From an uncultured Nitrososphaerota archaeon (GTDB taxonomy: Archaea > Thermoproteota > Nitrososphaeria > Nitrososphaerales > CADDZS01), in the NCBI GenBank assembly GCA_963799845.1, contig CAWCYI010000006.1, forward strand, positions 576,001 through 640,000: a stretch of DNA of 64,000 nucleotides, read 5' to 3'. The notes below the pieces were generated by a model. That model ran no database searches. It was given only the letters and a program-made list of their open reading frames with translations, and was not told the origin of the DNA. The position numbers and the translations under genes were made by a program. Below are positions 50,775 through 60,922 of the stretch, piece after piece (within the stretch, counting starts at the first letter, position 1; every line of letters begins with the position of its first letter).

Positions 50775-51842
50775 GTGATCGTCAACAGACTGGACATCAA
50801 GCACGACCTTGTTACGTTAACTCCAGAGCAGCCGGATGATCTCTGGACTCTTCGAAGGATCATTACAAAGGGCGATCTAGTCGCGGGAGAGACTTCGAGG
50901 GTCTACAAAGACCTGGGAGAGTACTCCCGTCCGGACAAAGAAAGGATAAAGGTCACGGTAACCGTTGAGGTCGAAGAGGTTCAGCTCGACAGCACGTTTT
51001 CCCGGCTTAAAGTTTCAGGAAAAATAATGGATGTTTCAAACGAGCTTCTGAGCAAGGGTTCGTTTCACTCCTTGACAGTCTCAGAGGGCCACAGGGTCTC
51101 AATAAGAAAACCGAACGGTTTCACTGGCGTCCAGCTGAGGCTGATAGAAGGTGCAGGCGCTCCTAAAGACAGTTATGTCGTGATCGCTCTTGATCAGAGA
51201 GAGGCCGGAATAGGGGTGATAAAAGGCACACATCTCCAAATTCTTCCGACGATAGAATCTGGCGTCACCGGCAAGATGTACCAGGATTCCAAGAAAGGCG
51301 CGGGTGGAAATTACTTTGAGAAAATTGCTGATGCGCTTGCAGTAGTTTACCCGCAAAACGCCAAGGTTTTCGTTTTGGGTCCAGGCACAACCAAGGAGAA
51401 ATTCGTCAACTATGTCCAGCGCGAGCGGAAGGAGTTTGATGAAGTCCAGACGATCGAGGGCTCGGATGTTGCAGGCGAGGACGGTGTCTACGTTGCACTC
51501 CGAAACCCGAATCTTCAGGAAGCACTTTCAGAGAGCCGACTCGCAAGGGTGACGAGGCTAATTCAAGAGATAATGCGCAGGATCTCTCTAGGCGACTCTC
51601 GGATCGCACTGGCGTTCAGGGACAGTCTCAAAGCCGCAAGGCAGGGCGCGGTCGAGTCGCTAATAATGGCGGACAAGATATTCTACCAGAAAGGGATCGA
51701 AGAAGACGAAATTGTAGATCTCCTGAATTCCGTGGAGGAATATCGGGGGGAGACGTTTTTGCTCGACTCTACCACTGATCTTGGTTCCCAGGTCAACACT
51801 CTGGGTGGGGTTGTGGCTCTGTTGCGTTTTGCTGTAAAGTAG
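50775..51842 (+). CDS. pelA: mRNA surveillance protein pelota (aDom34)
   Basis: PEQPDDLWTLRRII..GD, GSFHSL, GPG and LGGVVALLRF motifs. Confidence 0.93.
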   Translation: MIVNRLDIKHDLVTLTPEQPDDLWTLRRIITKGDLVAGETSRVYKDLGEYSRPDKERIKVTVTVEVEEVQLDSTFSRLKVSGKIMDVSNELLSKGSFHSLTVSEGHRVSIRKPNGFTGVQLRLIEGAGAPKDSYVVIALDQREAGIGVIKGTHLQILPTIESGVTGKMYQDSKKGAGGNYFEKIADALAVVYPQNAKVFVLGPGTTKEKFVNYVQRERKEFDEVQTIEGSDVAGEDGVYVALRNPNLQEALSESRLARVTRLIQEIMRRISLGDSRIALAFRDSLKAARQGAVESLIMADKIFYQKGIEEDEIVDLLNSVEEYRGETFLLDSTTDLGSQVNTLGGVVALLRFAVK

Positions 51843-51843
51843 C

Positions 51844-53202
51844 CTATACAGTGAGCAATCCCAGTATCCTCGGCAGGAAGAGGAAGCTGAGAATCAAAAT
51901 CAGCATAATAATGGATATTATTGTCGTGAGGGTCTTCGCCCTTAGCTCGACGCCCTTCCTTCCAAAGTGAGAGAAAAAGTTCAGCAACGCTTGACCACCA
52001 TCCAGCGGATAGAGAGGGATTGCATTGAAGAATGCGAGGTTCACATTGATGAACCATATCCAGAAGAATGTCAGCGCAAGCGGGTACCATGCGCCTCCGA
52101 GGGTAGGCGAACTGTAGAGGTTTCCGAGTTCGCTTGAGAATGGCACAACCGAATTAGCTTGGGCAAAAACTCCAGGAACGACCAGGTAGATCAGCGGATC
52201 TTTGAAGAAAGATGAGGTATAGGTGTTTTTTACGCTGTTCAGATCGCTGTCGCTGAACGACTCACCTATTCCGATAAAACCGATGCTCTTGTTGTTTGGA
52301 TTCGCACCGAGAATTATGGAATAGTTGTTTATCTGACCTGAATGTTCCACCGAAATGATCAGAGTCTGATTAGGCTTTGTGAAACTCATGAAATGGGACA
52401 GGTTTGCAACCGAGTGAACCGATGTCGAATTTACGGCGACTACAACGTCTCCCGCTGCTAGCTCATTATGTTGCAACAGTCCGTAAGCAGGGCTAGGCGG
52501 ACTCGATATTATCTGCTGTACCTGGACACCGTTGAACTGAGCTGGAACAAGTCCTCCGATTATCAAAAGCAACGCTCCGAGAGCGATCAGAGCTACAACG
52601 ATGTTGCTACCCGGGCCTCCGGCCATGATTCGTCCCGAGTCTCTGAACCTTGCTTTCTGGATCAGTTTTTCATCGATCTCAACAAAGGCCCCGATGGGGA
52701 CGATCAGAAAGAACAATAATCCCGTCGACTTTACCGGGATACCCAATCGCCTTGATATGACCCCGTGGGTGCCCTCATGAATTACAACTGCGATCACAAT
52801 CCCAATAATTCCGTATATGAACGGGATCAGTGGGTTTAGTCCGGGCAACAAAAGGTATGCTTGAAGAGGCGGAGCCGGAGTCGGAACGATATTATTTGCT
52901 ACGCACTGTGTAGCAGGTGCGGCACCAACAGCACACCTCAGGGCTAAGCTACCTGTAAGCAGAATCCAGTCCTGATCCAGCATCAGCCAAATCATGAAGG
53001 CGCCGGCAACGAGTGTTACAGCGAGGTAAAACCACCCTATGTCCCCGAAAATTCTATACCGGGCAAGGTCGTCGAGGAAGTGTAGCAAACGCTTGGTCTT
53101 TACCATGACAATTCCCCAGGAGAAGGTAACGGAGCGATTGTCTTCCGGTGTGGGTTCATTCGTCGGTTCCGCGCTGACCTGAGCGCTATCGCTGTCTGTC
53201 AA
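51844..53202 (-). CDS. Site-2 protease (M50) with PDZ-like insert
   Basis: HEGTH, PIGAFVE, AGGPGSN and FNAIPLYPLDGG motifs. Confidence 0.93.
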   Translation of the reverse strand: MTDSDSAQVSAEPTNEPTPEDNRSVTFSWGIVMVKTKRLLHFLDDLARYRIFGDIGWFYLAVTLVAGAFMIWLMLDQDWILLTGSLALRCAVGAAPATQCVANNIVPTPAPPLQAYLLLPGLNPLIPFIYGIIGIVIAVVIHEGTHGVISRRLGIPVKSTGLLFFLIVPIGAFVEIDEKLIQKARFRDSGRIMAGGPGSNIVVALIALGALLLIIGGLVPAQFNGVQVQQIISSPPSPAYGLLQHNELAAGDVVVAVNSTSVHSVANLSHFMSFTKPNQTLIISVEHSGQINNYSIILGANPNNKSIGFIGIGESFSDSDLNSVKNTYTSSFFKDPLIYLVVPGVFAQANSVVPFSSELGNLYSSPTLGGAWYPLALTFFWIWFINVNLAFFNAIPLYPLDGGQALLNFFSHFGRKGVELRAKTLTTIISIIMLILILSFLFLPRILGLLTV

Positions 53203-53348
53203 GTAGGAAGTTCATTTTTCCGAATAAACGCTATTAACATATCTAGTAACTTTCAGAGTCTTTTCCCAACTAGTATTCCGTCAATAAAGTCAATCAGAAT
53301 TTCACTTATTAGGATTGGAAAGATACGAATTTCAAATCGGGATCGTGT

Positions 53349-54299
53349 ATGCAGACCGCGCAATCAAGACCAAGATCAGAATGTCGTTGCGGGGGAAAGA
53401 CGGTCTATTTCCGAGCGTACAATGGAGAATCCCTGTGCACCAGTTGTTTCAACGACTCCATATTTGAAAAAGTAAAGAGGACGATTTCAAAATACGAGAT
53501 GCTGCGCTTCGGCGATCGAGTCGGAGTTGCCGTCTCCGGTGGTAAGGATTCTACCTCGCTGCTATACATCCTAAGCAAGATCATGAAGGGACACGGCTCA
53601 GAGTTGTTTGCGATCACCATCGATGAAGGGATAAACGAGTACCGAGACGAGTCTGTGAGAAATGCGGAAAAACTTGCAGAAGCTCTTTCGATCCCTTTGC
53701 TCGTGAGATCTTACAAAGAGCTCTTTGGTGTATCGCTCGATGAAGCGATGATAGAGAGGTCCGAAAGAAATCTGAAAATGACCTCATGTGCTTTTTGCGG
53801 ACCATTGAGGAGGAGAGCAATCGACAGAGCAGCTGATGAACTCGATGTCAACGTTGTAGCGACAGCACACAACCTGGATGACGTACTGCAGACATTTTAC
53901 ATAAACCTGTACTCGGGAGACATTGAGAGGATCAAATGGCTCGATCCAAACTTCAGGTCGAGCTCCATTAATTTCAATTCGAGACGGATAAAGCCCGTGA
54001 TGGAAATTTACGAGCAGGAACTAGCGTTCTTCGCTTATGTGAACAATCTTCCATTCCAGTCTGAATCTTGTCCGTACATGGACGAGGGAATCCGAAACGA
54101 GGTCAGGGCTAACCTGAACGAGCTTGAAGGAAAGCATCCCGGAATAAAATACAGTACACTAAAGACCGTTCTTTCGATTTCATCAGGGCTATCGGGAACC
54201 GGAAGTGAATTGAAAAAGGCAATGATCTGCAAGAAATGCGGCTCAGTTTCGAGCGGTCCAATCTGCTCAGCTTGCACTACTCTGGACCTCGTCTCCTGA
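53349..54299 (+). CDS. tRNA 2-thiolation protein NcsA/TtuA (TIGR00269-like)
   Basis: N- and C-terminal Zn fingers; VAVSGGKDS PP-loop; CAFCG..RR, TAHNLDD and CPY motifs. Confidence 0.9.
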   Translation: MQTAQSRPRSECRCGGKTVYFRAYNGESLCTSCFNDSIFEKVKRTISKYEMLRFGDRVGVAVSGGKDSTSLLYILSKIMKGHGSELFAITIDEGINEYRDESVRNAEKLAEALSIPLLVRSYKELFGVSLDEAMIERSERNLKMTSCAFCGPLRRRAIDRAADELDVNVVATAHNLDDVLQTFYINLYSGDIERIKWLDPNFRSSSINFNSRRIKPVMEIYEQELAFFAYVNNLPFQSESCPYMDEGIRNEVRANLNELEGKHPGIKYSTLKTVLSISSGLSGTGSELKKAMICKKCGSVSSGPICSACTTLDLVS

Positions 54300-54830
54300 G
54301 GTAAGTGTGGCATCCGGCCCGGGATAGGTTATTTCAAGCCCGTCAACTTTCGCCCAGCTCGTAAGGATATGCGGCCTCCAATGGTTCTCGTCTAGAATGT
54401 CGATTACTTCGATCCCTCTCACAACCAGAGCGTCTCCCAAAAGTGATCGATGGCATCTCCACGGAACGGCCTCCGCACACATGGTTGAAACTGTACTAGA
54501 ATTAACGAGACCAAGTAGTTGCTGCAAACCCATCTCAAACTGCTTTGACTGCATGTAGTCAGCATAGCCGCGAAAAGGTTCGTTATGCCATCCCAAGTTG
54601 ATTGAGTCTTTCAGTGGTTTTCGGAGACCTCCGAGTTCTCCGAGATGTTCGTACTTTATTCCCACTTCTCCTAACGACACAGGCAGGCGATCCTCATTGA
54701 ACTGAGGATTTCTCTTGGATCTGGGAATTGTCCTAATGTCAACAAGCATGTTGATGCGATATTTTTCAAGAATCTGGATGAAATCCTGAATTGATCTCGT
54801 CGAATGTCCAACCGAATAAACAATATTCAA
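54267..54830 (-). CDS. DUF488 family protein
   Basis: YSVGHSTR, LVDIRTIPRS, LGGLR and MCAEAVPWRCHR motifs. Confidence 0.9.
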   Translation of the reverse strand: MNIVYSVGHSTRSIQDFIQILEKYRINMLVDIRTIPRSKRNPQFNEDRLPVSLGEVGIKYEHLGELGGLRKPLKDSINLGWHNEPFRGYADYMQSKQFEMGLQQLLGLVNSSTVSTMCAEAVPWRCHRSLLGDALVVRGIEVIDILDENHWRPHILTSWAKVDGLEITYPGPDATLTSGDEVQSSAS

Positions 54831-54840
54831 TTTTGAAATA

Positions 54841-55392
54841 TTACGAATCTTCCGGTGCCTTGATTGAATTACTTTCTGGTGTTAAGTACAGAAATAACTT
54901 TCCCTCGGTCCTTGTCGGAGTCCAACCTTTGAATCTGTGCTCGAACGACACCACTTTCGTGCCTGGCTTGCACTCTCGGAATATTTTCTTGCGGAGCTTC
55001 TCCATTATTTTAGTCTCTCGCGTAAGAAAAACAAATATCCCGTCTGCCTCTTGAAGATTCGCACTGAGAAAGTTGGAATTCGTGACCTTGACCAATCCAG
55101 CAAGTTTCTTTCTCTTAATCACACGATTCGTCCACCAGCATTTTATGGGATCAATCTCGATGCCCACCGCACTCGCTTTGTATCGCTCCGACATTGTAAC
55201 TATCATTCGACCATATCCAGAACCGAGATCGTAGAACCTGAAGCCCTCATGTAGGTCAAGAAGACTTGCCACTGTTTCTATCTCTTTTTTTGAAGTTGGG
55301 TAATAGCCCGCGCCCCAAATGAATCCGCTGAGGAAGAAGTACCCGATGAACGCCGCCATCAAAAACAAGAAAATACTGACCAGCGGCAGCAC
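54841..55392 (-). CDS. Membrane-anchored class I SAM-dependent methyltransferase (FAM173/aKMT-like)
   Basis: N-terminal TM; GAGYYPT, YDLGSGYGR, GIEIDP and KPGTKVVSF motifs. Confidence 0.85.
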   Translation of the reverse strand: MLPLVSIFLFLMAAFIGYFFLSGFIWGAGYYPTSKKEIETVASLLDLHEGFRFYDLGSGYGRMIVTMSERYKASAVGIEIDPIKCWWTNRVIKRKKLAGLVKVTNSNFLSANLQEADGIFVFLTRETKIMEKLRKKIFRECKPGTKVVSFEHRFKGWTPTRTEGKLFLYLTPESNSIKAPEDS

Positions 55393-55481
55393 AACAAAGA
55401 AGTCCTGGGTTCAATCTAAAGAGATTATTTACAGACCAACGATATTCTAATAACAGGAACGCGTCGTTTTCAAATAATTGC

Positions 55482-55800
55482 GGTAGGTAGGATCGGGAGG
55501 ATAGTCGTCTCCCTTTGTCCTGAAACCGACTATATGCAGGGGTCAGTAACCGCCAGGTAAAGTGCGGGCCGGAATGAACTTGCTCGGCCTATTGGGATGA
55601 ACTCACGCCACGGCGGGCTGTCATAGGAGCGTGCCCTTCGAAGGGAGGGTTCCGACTCTGAACCGTCGAATCGGGCGAGATCCGGGAGGGGGCAACCCTA
55701 AGATGGGATGGTTGCGCTGACGTGTCTACGCGGAGGACCTCTAAAGCCGGGAGAGAGGCACTTCGTTCGCACGAACTCTGGCGGAGCTATCGCACCTATC
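55482..55800 (+). ncRNA. ffs: Archaeal SRP (7S) RNA
   Basis: ~319 nt; 5' GGTAGGT pairs with 3' ACCTATC (helix 1); helix 6 CCCTTC-GAAG-GGAGGG; helix 8 GAGA-TCC-GGGA-GGG-GGCA. Confidence 0.88.
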
Positions 55801-57412
55801 ACTCTGGAGGGATTTCTGCGAATATCTTAGAGAACTGAACGCCCCTTCTAGCGTTGATGAGCTTGGATGCATAATATATAACGAAAAGAATCACGATCGG
55901 AATGAAAATGTACTCATATCCAAGAACTGACCCCGCTGCCCCAAATACCTCGGGGTTTGTCAGGTACTGATAGAATGTGAAAAGGCCGTATACGATTGTG
56001 AAGATTGCGGCAAACCAGTACACTCCTCCTCCCAGATATGTCTTCGCAACGGCAGATTGTTCGTAATCCATTTTGTGTCTCACTCTGAATGTTATCATAG
56101 CAATTCCTAGTACCGTAATCGGGAAGATTATGATTATGGCAACGGCTGCAGTGGATAGCGCAAAAGCGGCACTCGCTGCGCTTGGAAGTACAAAGAACGC
56201 ACCAGCAATAAGACCGATAATCAGTGACACTATCATTCCCTTTGCAGGGACGTGAAATCTTGTGCTAACATCGCCCATGAATGCCGGCATAATCTTGTCG
56301 AAGGAATAAGAGAGCAATAATCTGGATCCGATGAACACAGCATTCGTCTGGTACCAGAGAAGCTGCAGTAATGAAACGATTATGATAAACGAGCCCAGGT
56401 AAGGATTACCTGAAATTGCAGCCGCGAAGAAATTGATGTACGGAACAAATGCCGCAGGAAGCGGAGATAGCGTTCCGAAGTTCACCACAGTCGTAGTATA
56501 AGCATTTGCCAAGAATCCATAGCCTAAAGCATGATAGAGAAGTAGCGTCCCGCCGGCGAACATTACAAATGTTATTAGAAGAGTTCCAAGAATCGCGAGC
56601 GGCATGTTTCGCTGAACTTGTTTCACTTCTCCGGCAACGTAGATAGCGGAAATTATGTACGAGAAACCAACTACGTAAATCCCGTTCAAGGCGAGGGTCC
56701 CCGAGAAATTTGTAACAGGAGCGGGAGCGATCGCATTAATGTTCTGGGCAAAGGTAGCGTTTCCAAAAGGCGCGGTAAGAGCGTCAAGACGCGCCCACGC
56801 AGTAGACTGGGAAGTAAAAGCTAGAATTCCGAACATCACGATCACACCCAAGATGATCAATGGAAGTATAACTCGGTTCAGAGCCTTGTACAATCTGTAC
56901 CCAAAGAAAGGCAAGAGTGCAAAGAGTATAGTAGCGACAGCGCCAATCGCAAACTCGTAACCGGTATTCTGGTACAGAGTACCGGCGAGGTTGAGATAAG
57001 ATTGGCTGTGGTAAGCTAGTCCCCAATAGGCGAAGAGAGAACTGAAACCAAACGTCTCTATAGTGGTAATGGTGATTCCGATAAACATCGGAACCGTCGC
57101 AACAAAATAACCCGCATTTCCAACGAAGCCGAGCGCAGGATGCAGATATCTGCTTGTGAAAACATAGTCTCCAGCCGTCCTAGGAACCAAGATTGCAACT
57201 ATCGAAAAGGCAAGTCCTACGATGAACATTCCAACAAACGCAATCAACCCGCCCTGAAGCGGGTCTCCCGCGACTAGTGGGCTCTCGAATGCTACGAATG
57301 TGATCGAAAATATTATTCCTACAAGTGAAAGGTTGATCCATATTGTATCCAAGACACCGAATTCGCGTCGCAGACCGGTAGCATTTCTCAGGAATACTTT
57401 TTGATCGTCCAA
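55799..57412 (-). CDS. APC-family amino acid/polyamine permease
   Basis: FLRNATGLRREF, PRTAGDYVF, AGEVK, SRLLLSYSFD and C-terminal EIPPE (paralogue of 32429-33989). Confidence 0.9.
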   Translation of the reverse strand: MDDQKVFLRNATGLRREFGVLDTIWINLSLVGIIFSITFVAFESPLVAGDPLQGGLIAFVGMFIVGLAFSIVAILVPRTAGDYVFTSRYLHPALGFVGNAGYFVATVPMFIGITITTIETFGFSSLFAYWGLAYHSQSYLNLAGTLYQNTGYEFAIGAVATILFALLPFFGYRLYKALNRVILPLIILGVIVMFGILAFTSQSTAWARLDALTAPFGNATFAQNINAIAPAPVTNFSGTLALNGIYVVGFSYIISAIYVAGEVKQVQRNMPLAILGTLLITFVMFAGGTLLLYHALGYGFLANAYTTTVVNFGTLSPLPAAFVPYINFFAAAISGNPYLGSFIIIVSLLQLLWYQTNAVFIGSRLLLSYSFDKIMPAFMGDVSTRFHVPAKGMIVSLIIGLIAGAFFVLPSAASAAFALSTAAVAIIIIFPITVLGIAMITFRVRHKMDYEQSAVAKTYLGGGVYWFAAIFTIVYGLFTFYQYLTNPEVFGAAGSVLGYEYIFIPIVILFVIYYASKLINARRGVQFSKIFAEIPPE

Positions 57413-57514
57413 AGTCGGGAGTGGGAGAAATTATACCTACATTTAAGGATTCGATCTTAGGCCAACCAAAAAGACCAATTCCGATAGTCGCCCTAAAGGT
57501 TGAGAATTAAGCTC

Positions 57515-58324
57515 TTAGTAGCCTGAATACGCTTCGGGGACTAATTGTGAAAGATAAGGTAATTTGGGTCTTACAGATTCCAAAAGTGAGAGATCCACTT
57601 CTGCAATCGCAACTGGGAAATTGATTGTAGTTCTGGCCAAAACTTTGCACAGTGGAGAAACTATCTGACTTCTCCCAAAGAAGTGGGTTTTGTGCTCGGT
57701 TCCACTTCTGTTAGAAAAAGCAACAAAGCAACAGTTTTCTGCGGCCCTGCTTTTTGCGTAAGTGTCGATGTGATTTTCCATGGGACTCATTTCGGCTGAC
57801 GGGAAAAACAAAAGCTTCGCTCCGTTGATCGCCAGAGCTCGCGCTGCTTCTGGAAATTCTATGTCATAACAGATTCCGATTCCAATTTTCCCGAATTTTG
57901 TCTGAAATGTCGGGAAGTTGTCGCCGTGGACAAAAAATTTTCTTTCCTTGTCCCACAGATGGACCTTGCGATAGGTTCCTCGAAGTTTGCCGCTCGGCGA
58001 TATCAAGATCGCGCTATCATAAATTTTTCCCGATCTCGAGTCCAGCTCGTCTATGCCACAAACGAGGTACGAACTAATCTCTGAAGCAATCTTGCAAAGT
58101 TCGTCGGTAGTCTGACCCGGCACAGTCTCTGCATACTTTATCCAGTTTCTATTTAGCGAGTAACCGGTCGGTGCAAGCTCTGGAAAACAAATAATGTCCG
58201 GATTTTGTCTTGAAACCGAATTTGCAAGTCTCTCGATCGTTCCGAGATTCGCCCTAACGTCTCCCATCTTGCAATCCATCTGCGTGACGGCAACCTTGAT
58301 TTTCATCCACTTGAAGTTGGTCAT
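57515..58324 (-). CDS. Carbon-nitrogen hydrolase (nitrilase family)
   Basis: FPEL, YRKVHL and GICYDIEFPE supply the E-K-C catalytic triad. Confidence 0.92.
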   Translation of the reverse strand: MTNFKWMKIKVAVTQMDCKMGDVRANLGTIERLANSVSRQNPDIICFPELAPTGYSLNRNWIKYAETVPGQTTDELCKIASEISSYLVCGIDELDSRSGKIYDSAILISPSGKLRGTYRKVHLWDKERKFFVHGDNFPTFQTKFGKIGIGICYDIEFPEAARALAINGAKLLFFPSAEMSPMENHIDTYAKSRAAENCCFVAFSNRSGTEHKTHFFGRSQIVSPLCKVLARTTINFPVAIAEVDLSLLESVRPKLPYLSQLVPEAYSGY

Positions 58325-58391
58325 ACAGTCGATAATACTTTTTCTGAAGGGAAATACAGCCCAAAAGTAAAATAGGATTCCAAACTAGTCC

Positions 58392-59966
58392 TTGATTAAC
58401 TTGGAACACGAATATGATGCGGTGGTAATCGGCGGAGGCCACAATGGGCTCGTTTCGGCTGCCTATCTCGCGAAGGAGGGCTTCAGGGTCGCCGTTTTTG
58501 AAAAGCGTGGAATCGTCGGCGGAGCCGCAATCACTGAGGAAGTGTGGAAGGGGTTCAAGGTCAGCAGGCTTTCTTACGCTTACAGCCTTTTTGACCCTCA
58601 GATCGTGAAGGATTTGAGGCTGGAACAGCATGGCCTCAAGGTCGTTTCTACAGATCCGGACCTCTTCGTTCCGTTTCCGGACGGCAAATACGCCTTCATC
58701 TGGGAAGACGCTAAAAAGACCGCCGAGGGATTTGAGAAATTTTCAAAGAAAGATGCGAAAAGATATCTCGACTATCTGGAGTTCTGGAAAGGCGTCAGCG
58801 AACTCCTGGGCCCTTTGATGTTGAGCCCGCCGCCGTCATTGGAAGATTTCGTATCTGTCTTTCAGAGTCCCGAATCTCTAGAAGGCCTGAAGATCCTGAT
58901 GTTCGGAAGCGTCTCCGAGCTACTGGATGAATACTTCGAGTCTAATTACGTCAAGGCCGCGATCTGTCCCAGGGGTTTAATCGGTACGATGGTCGGGCCG
59001 AAGTCGTCGGGCAGCGCGTATGTATTAGGGCACCACGTAATAGGCGGTTCTTCCGGAGAAACGGGAATTTGGGGATACCTGAAAGGCGGGATGGGCGCCC
59101 TTAGCGATGCCATAGCCGCGAGTGCGGTTTCGTTCGGAGCTGAGGTCTTTACGCAAACTTCAGTTTCAAAGATTACCGTCGAGGATTCTGTCGCAACTGG
59201 AGTCGAACTTCAAAACGGGGCCAAGATAAAGGCGAAATACATTGTATCGGACGCGGATCCCAAACAGACATTCTTGAAATTGGTCGGGCGCGACAATCTC
59301 GATGGCTCATTCGTGAAGGAAGTTGAGAAGATCAAGGATCAGGGTTGTGTTTTGAAGGTCAACGCCGCCCTTGACGAACTACCCGATTACACGGCTCTCC
59401 CCGGCAAAACCCTGAGCATCCAGCATCGCGGCATCACGAGCATCGGGCCTTCGGTCGATTACTGCGAGCGGGCTTTTGACGATGCAAAGTACGGAAGGCC
59501 GTCGAAGGATCCATTTTTGCGCGTGGTCTATCATTCCGCGAACGATCCGGATCTCGCGCCTTCGGGTAAACACACGATGTCGATTTTCGCGCAGTATTTT
59601 CCCTACAATCTATCGAGCGGCAATTGGGACGAAATCAAAGAACAGGTTGGGGATAACGTGATTGATACCCTGACGGAATATGCCCCCAACGTCAAGAGAT
59701 CGATAATCCATAGAGAGGTCATTACTCCTCTGGACATGGAAAGAGAGTTCAGCCTTCCGCGGGGGAATATCTTCCACATGGAGATCACCCCCGACCAGAT
59801 GTTTTTCTTCAGGCCGGTCGCAGGCTGGTCTTCTTACCGAACGCCGATCAAAGGATTGTACCTTTGCGGATCTGGCACCCATCCGGGAGGAGGGGTAACG
59901 GGCGCGCCTGGCTACAACGCAGCGCAGGTGGTTTTGGGCGATTCGCGTCCGCAGGGCGTTTCGTAA
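58392..59966 (+). CDS. Phytoene dehydrogenase-like FAD oxidoreductase (PYROXD2-like)
   Basis: IGGGHNGLV; GGMGALSDAIA; YRTPIKGLYLCGSGTHPGGGVTGAPGYNAA. Confidence 0.9.
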   Translation: MINLEHEYDAVVIGGGHNGLVSAAYLAKEGFRVAVFEKRGIVGGAAITEEVWKGFKVSRLSYAYSLFDPQIVKDLRLEQHGLKVVSTDPDLFVPFPDGKYAFIWEDAKKTAEGFEKFSKKDAKRYLDYLEFWKGVSELLGPLMLSPPPSLEDFVSVFQSPESLEGLKILMFGSVSELLDEYFESNYVKAAICPRGLIGTMVGPKSSGSAYVLGHHVIGGSSGETGIWGYLKGGMGALSDAIAASAVSFGAEVFTQTSVSKITVEDSVATGVELQNGAKIKAKYIVSDADPKQTFLKLVGRDNLDGSFVKEVEKIKDQGCVLKVNAALDELPDYTALPGKTLSIQHRGITSIGPSVDYCERAFDDAKYGRPSKDPFLRVVYHSANDPDLAPSGKHTMSIFAQYFPYNLSSGNWDEIKEQVGDNVIDTLTEYAPNVKRSIIHREVITPLDMEREFSLPRGNIFHMEITPDQMFFFRPVAGWSSYRTPIKGLYLCGSGTHPGGGVTGAPGYNAAQVVLGDSRPQGVS

Positions 59967-60013
59967 CAAGCCAACTATCTTTTATCGCTCACTATCACCC
60001 TACTTTCGCGAAC

Positions 60014-60922
60014 ATGCGCCAGATTGATGCGAGAGATTCACCGAGGTTCGCTCAGATCTCAACCTTTGGAAGGCTGCCGAATACTCAGGAACTTGGTGGG
60101 GTAAAAGCTGCATTCGTCGGAGTGCCTTTCGACGACGGGACAACTTACCGACCGGGAGCTAGGTTTGGTCCCAGTTCAATCAGACAGGGCTCCCGACTTC
60201 TTAGAGCCTACAATCCGTTCGTAGATTCGTACCCGTTTGAGTCCCTAAACAGTTGCGACTACGGGGACATTAACGCAATACCAGGGTACATCGAGGACAC
60301 GATGAAGATCGTCGAACGAGAAATGAAGAACGTGGCTTCGAAATTAGTTCCGTTTACTGCGGGAGGAGACCACTCGATTGCTCTTCCGATCCTTAGGGCA
60401 ATGAACCAAATTCATGGAAAAGTCAACCTCGTCCACCTTGATTCCCACTATGACTTTTGGGACAGCTACTGGGGGAAAAAGTACACGCACGGCACTTGGC
60501 TAAGGCGCGCGAGGGAGGAAAATCTCCTGAATGAAGTCGTTCAGGTTGGAATCCGGGGCTCTCTTTACTCGAAGGACGACATCGACGACGCAAAAAAATT
60601 GGACATCGTGTACTATACTACGAACGCAACGAGAAAGGAAACCGCCCAGATACTGAGCCACGTCAAATCGTTAAAGGGAAAGACGTACGTCTCGCTCGAC
60701 ATCGACGTCACTGATCCCGCCTTCGCTCCGGGGACCGGCACGCCCGAAGTCGGAGGACTATCGAGCCTCGAGCTCATCGAGCTCGTCCGCGAATTAAATC
60801 TGGATCTCGCCGGGATGGAAGTGGTCGAAGTTTCCCCGCCGTACGACGTGAGTGAGCTGACGAGCATGCTCGCGGCTAATCTGATCTACGAGGGCATGAG
60901 CGTTCTCGCGAAGCGCATCTAG
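60014..60922 (+). CDS. speB: Agmatinase / ureohydrolase family
   Basis: GVPFDDGTTYRPGARFGP, GGDHS, DSHYD and SLDIDVTDPAFAPGTGTP motifs; likely ATG at 60014. Confidence 0.85.
   Translation: MRQIDARDSPRFAQISTFGRLPNTQELGGVKAAFVGVPFDDGTTYRPGARFGPSSIRQGSRLLRAYNPFVDSYPFESLNSCDYGDINAIPGYIEDTMKIVEREMKNVASKLVPFTAGGDHSIALPILRAMNQIHGKVNLVHLDSHYDFWDSYWGKKYTHGTWLRRAREENLLNEVVQVGIRGSLYSKDDIDDAKKLDIVYYTTNATRKETAQILSHVKSLKGKTYVSLDIDVTDPAFAPGTGTPEVGGLSSLELIELVRELNLDLAGMEVVEVSPPYDVSELTSMLAANLIYEGMSVLAKRI

Noticed and set aside
55634-55649. Apparent loss of the GNAR tetraloop in SRP helix 6
   Set aside because: The alternative pairing CCCTTC-GAAG-GGAGGG restores a canonical GNAR loop.
59864-60013. Long N-terminal extension of the agmatinase
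   Set aside because: It overlaps the upstream gene; family similarity begins at ATG 60014.
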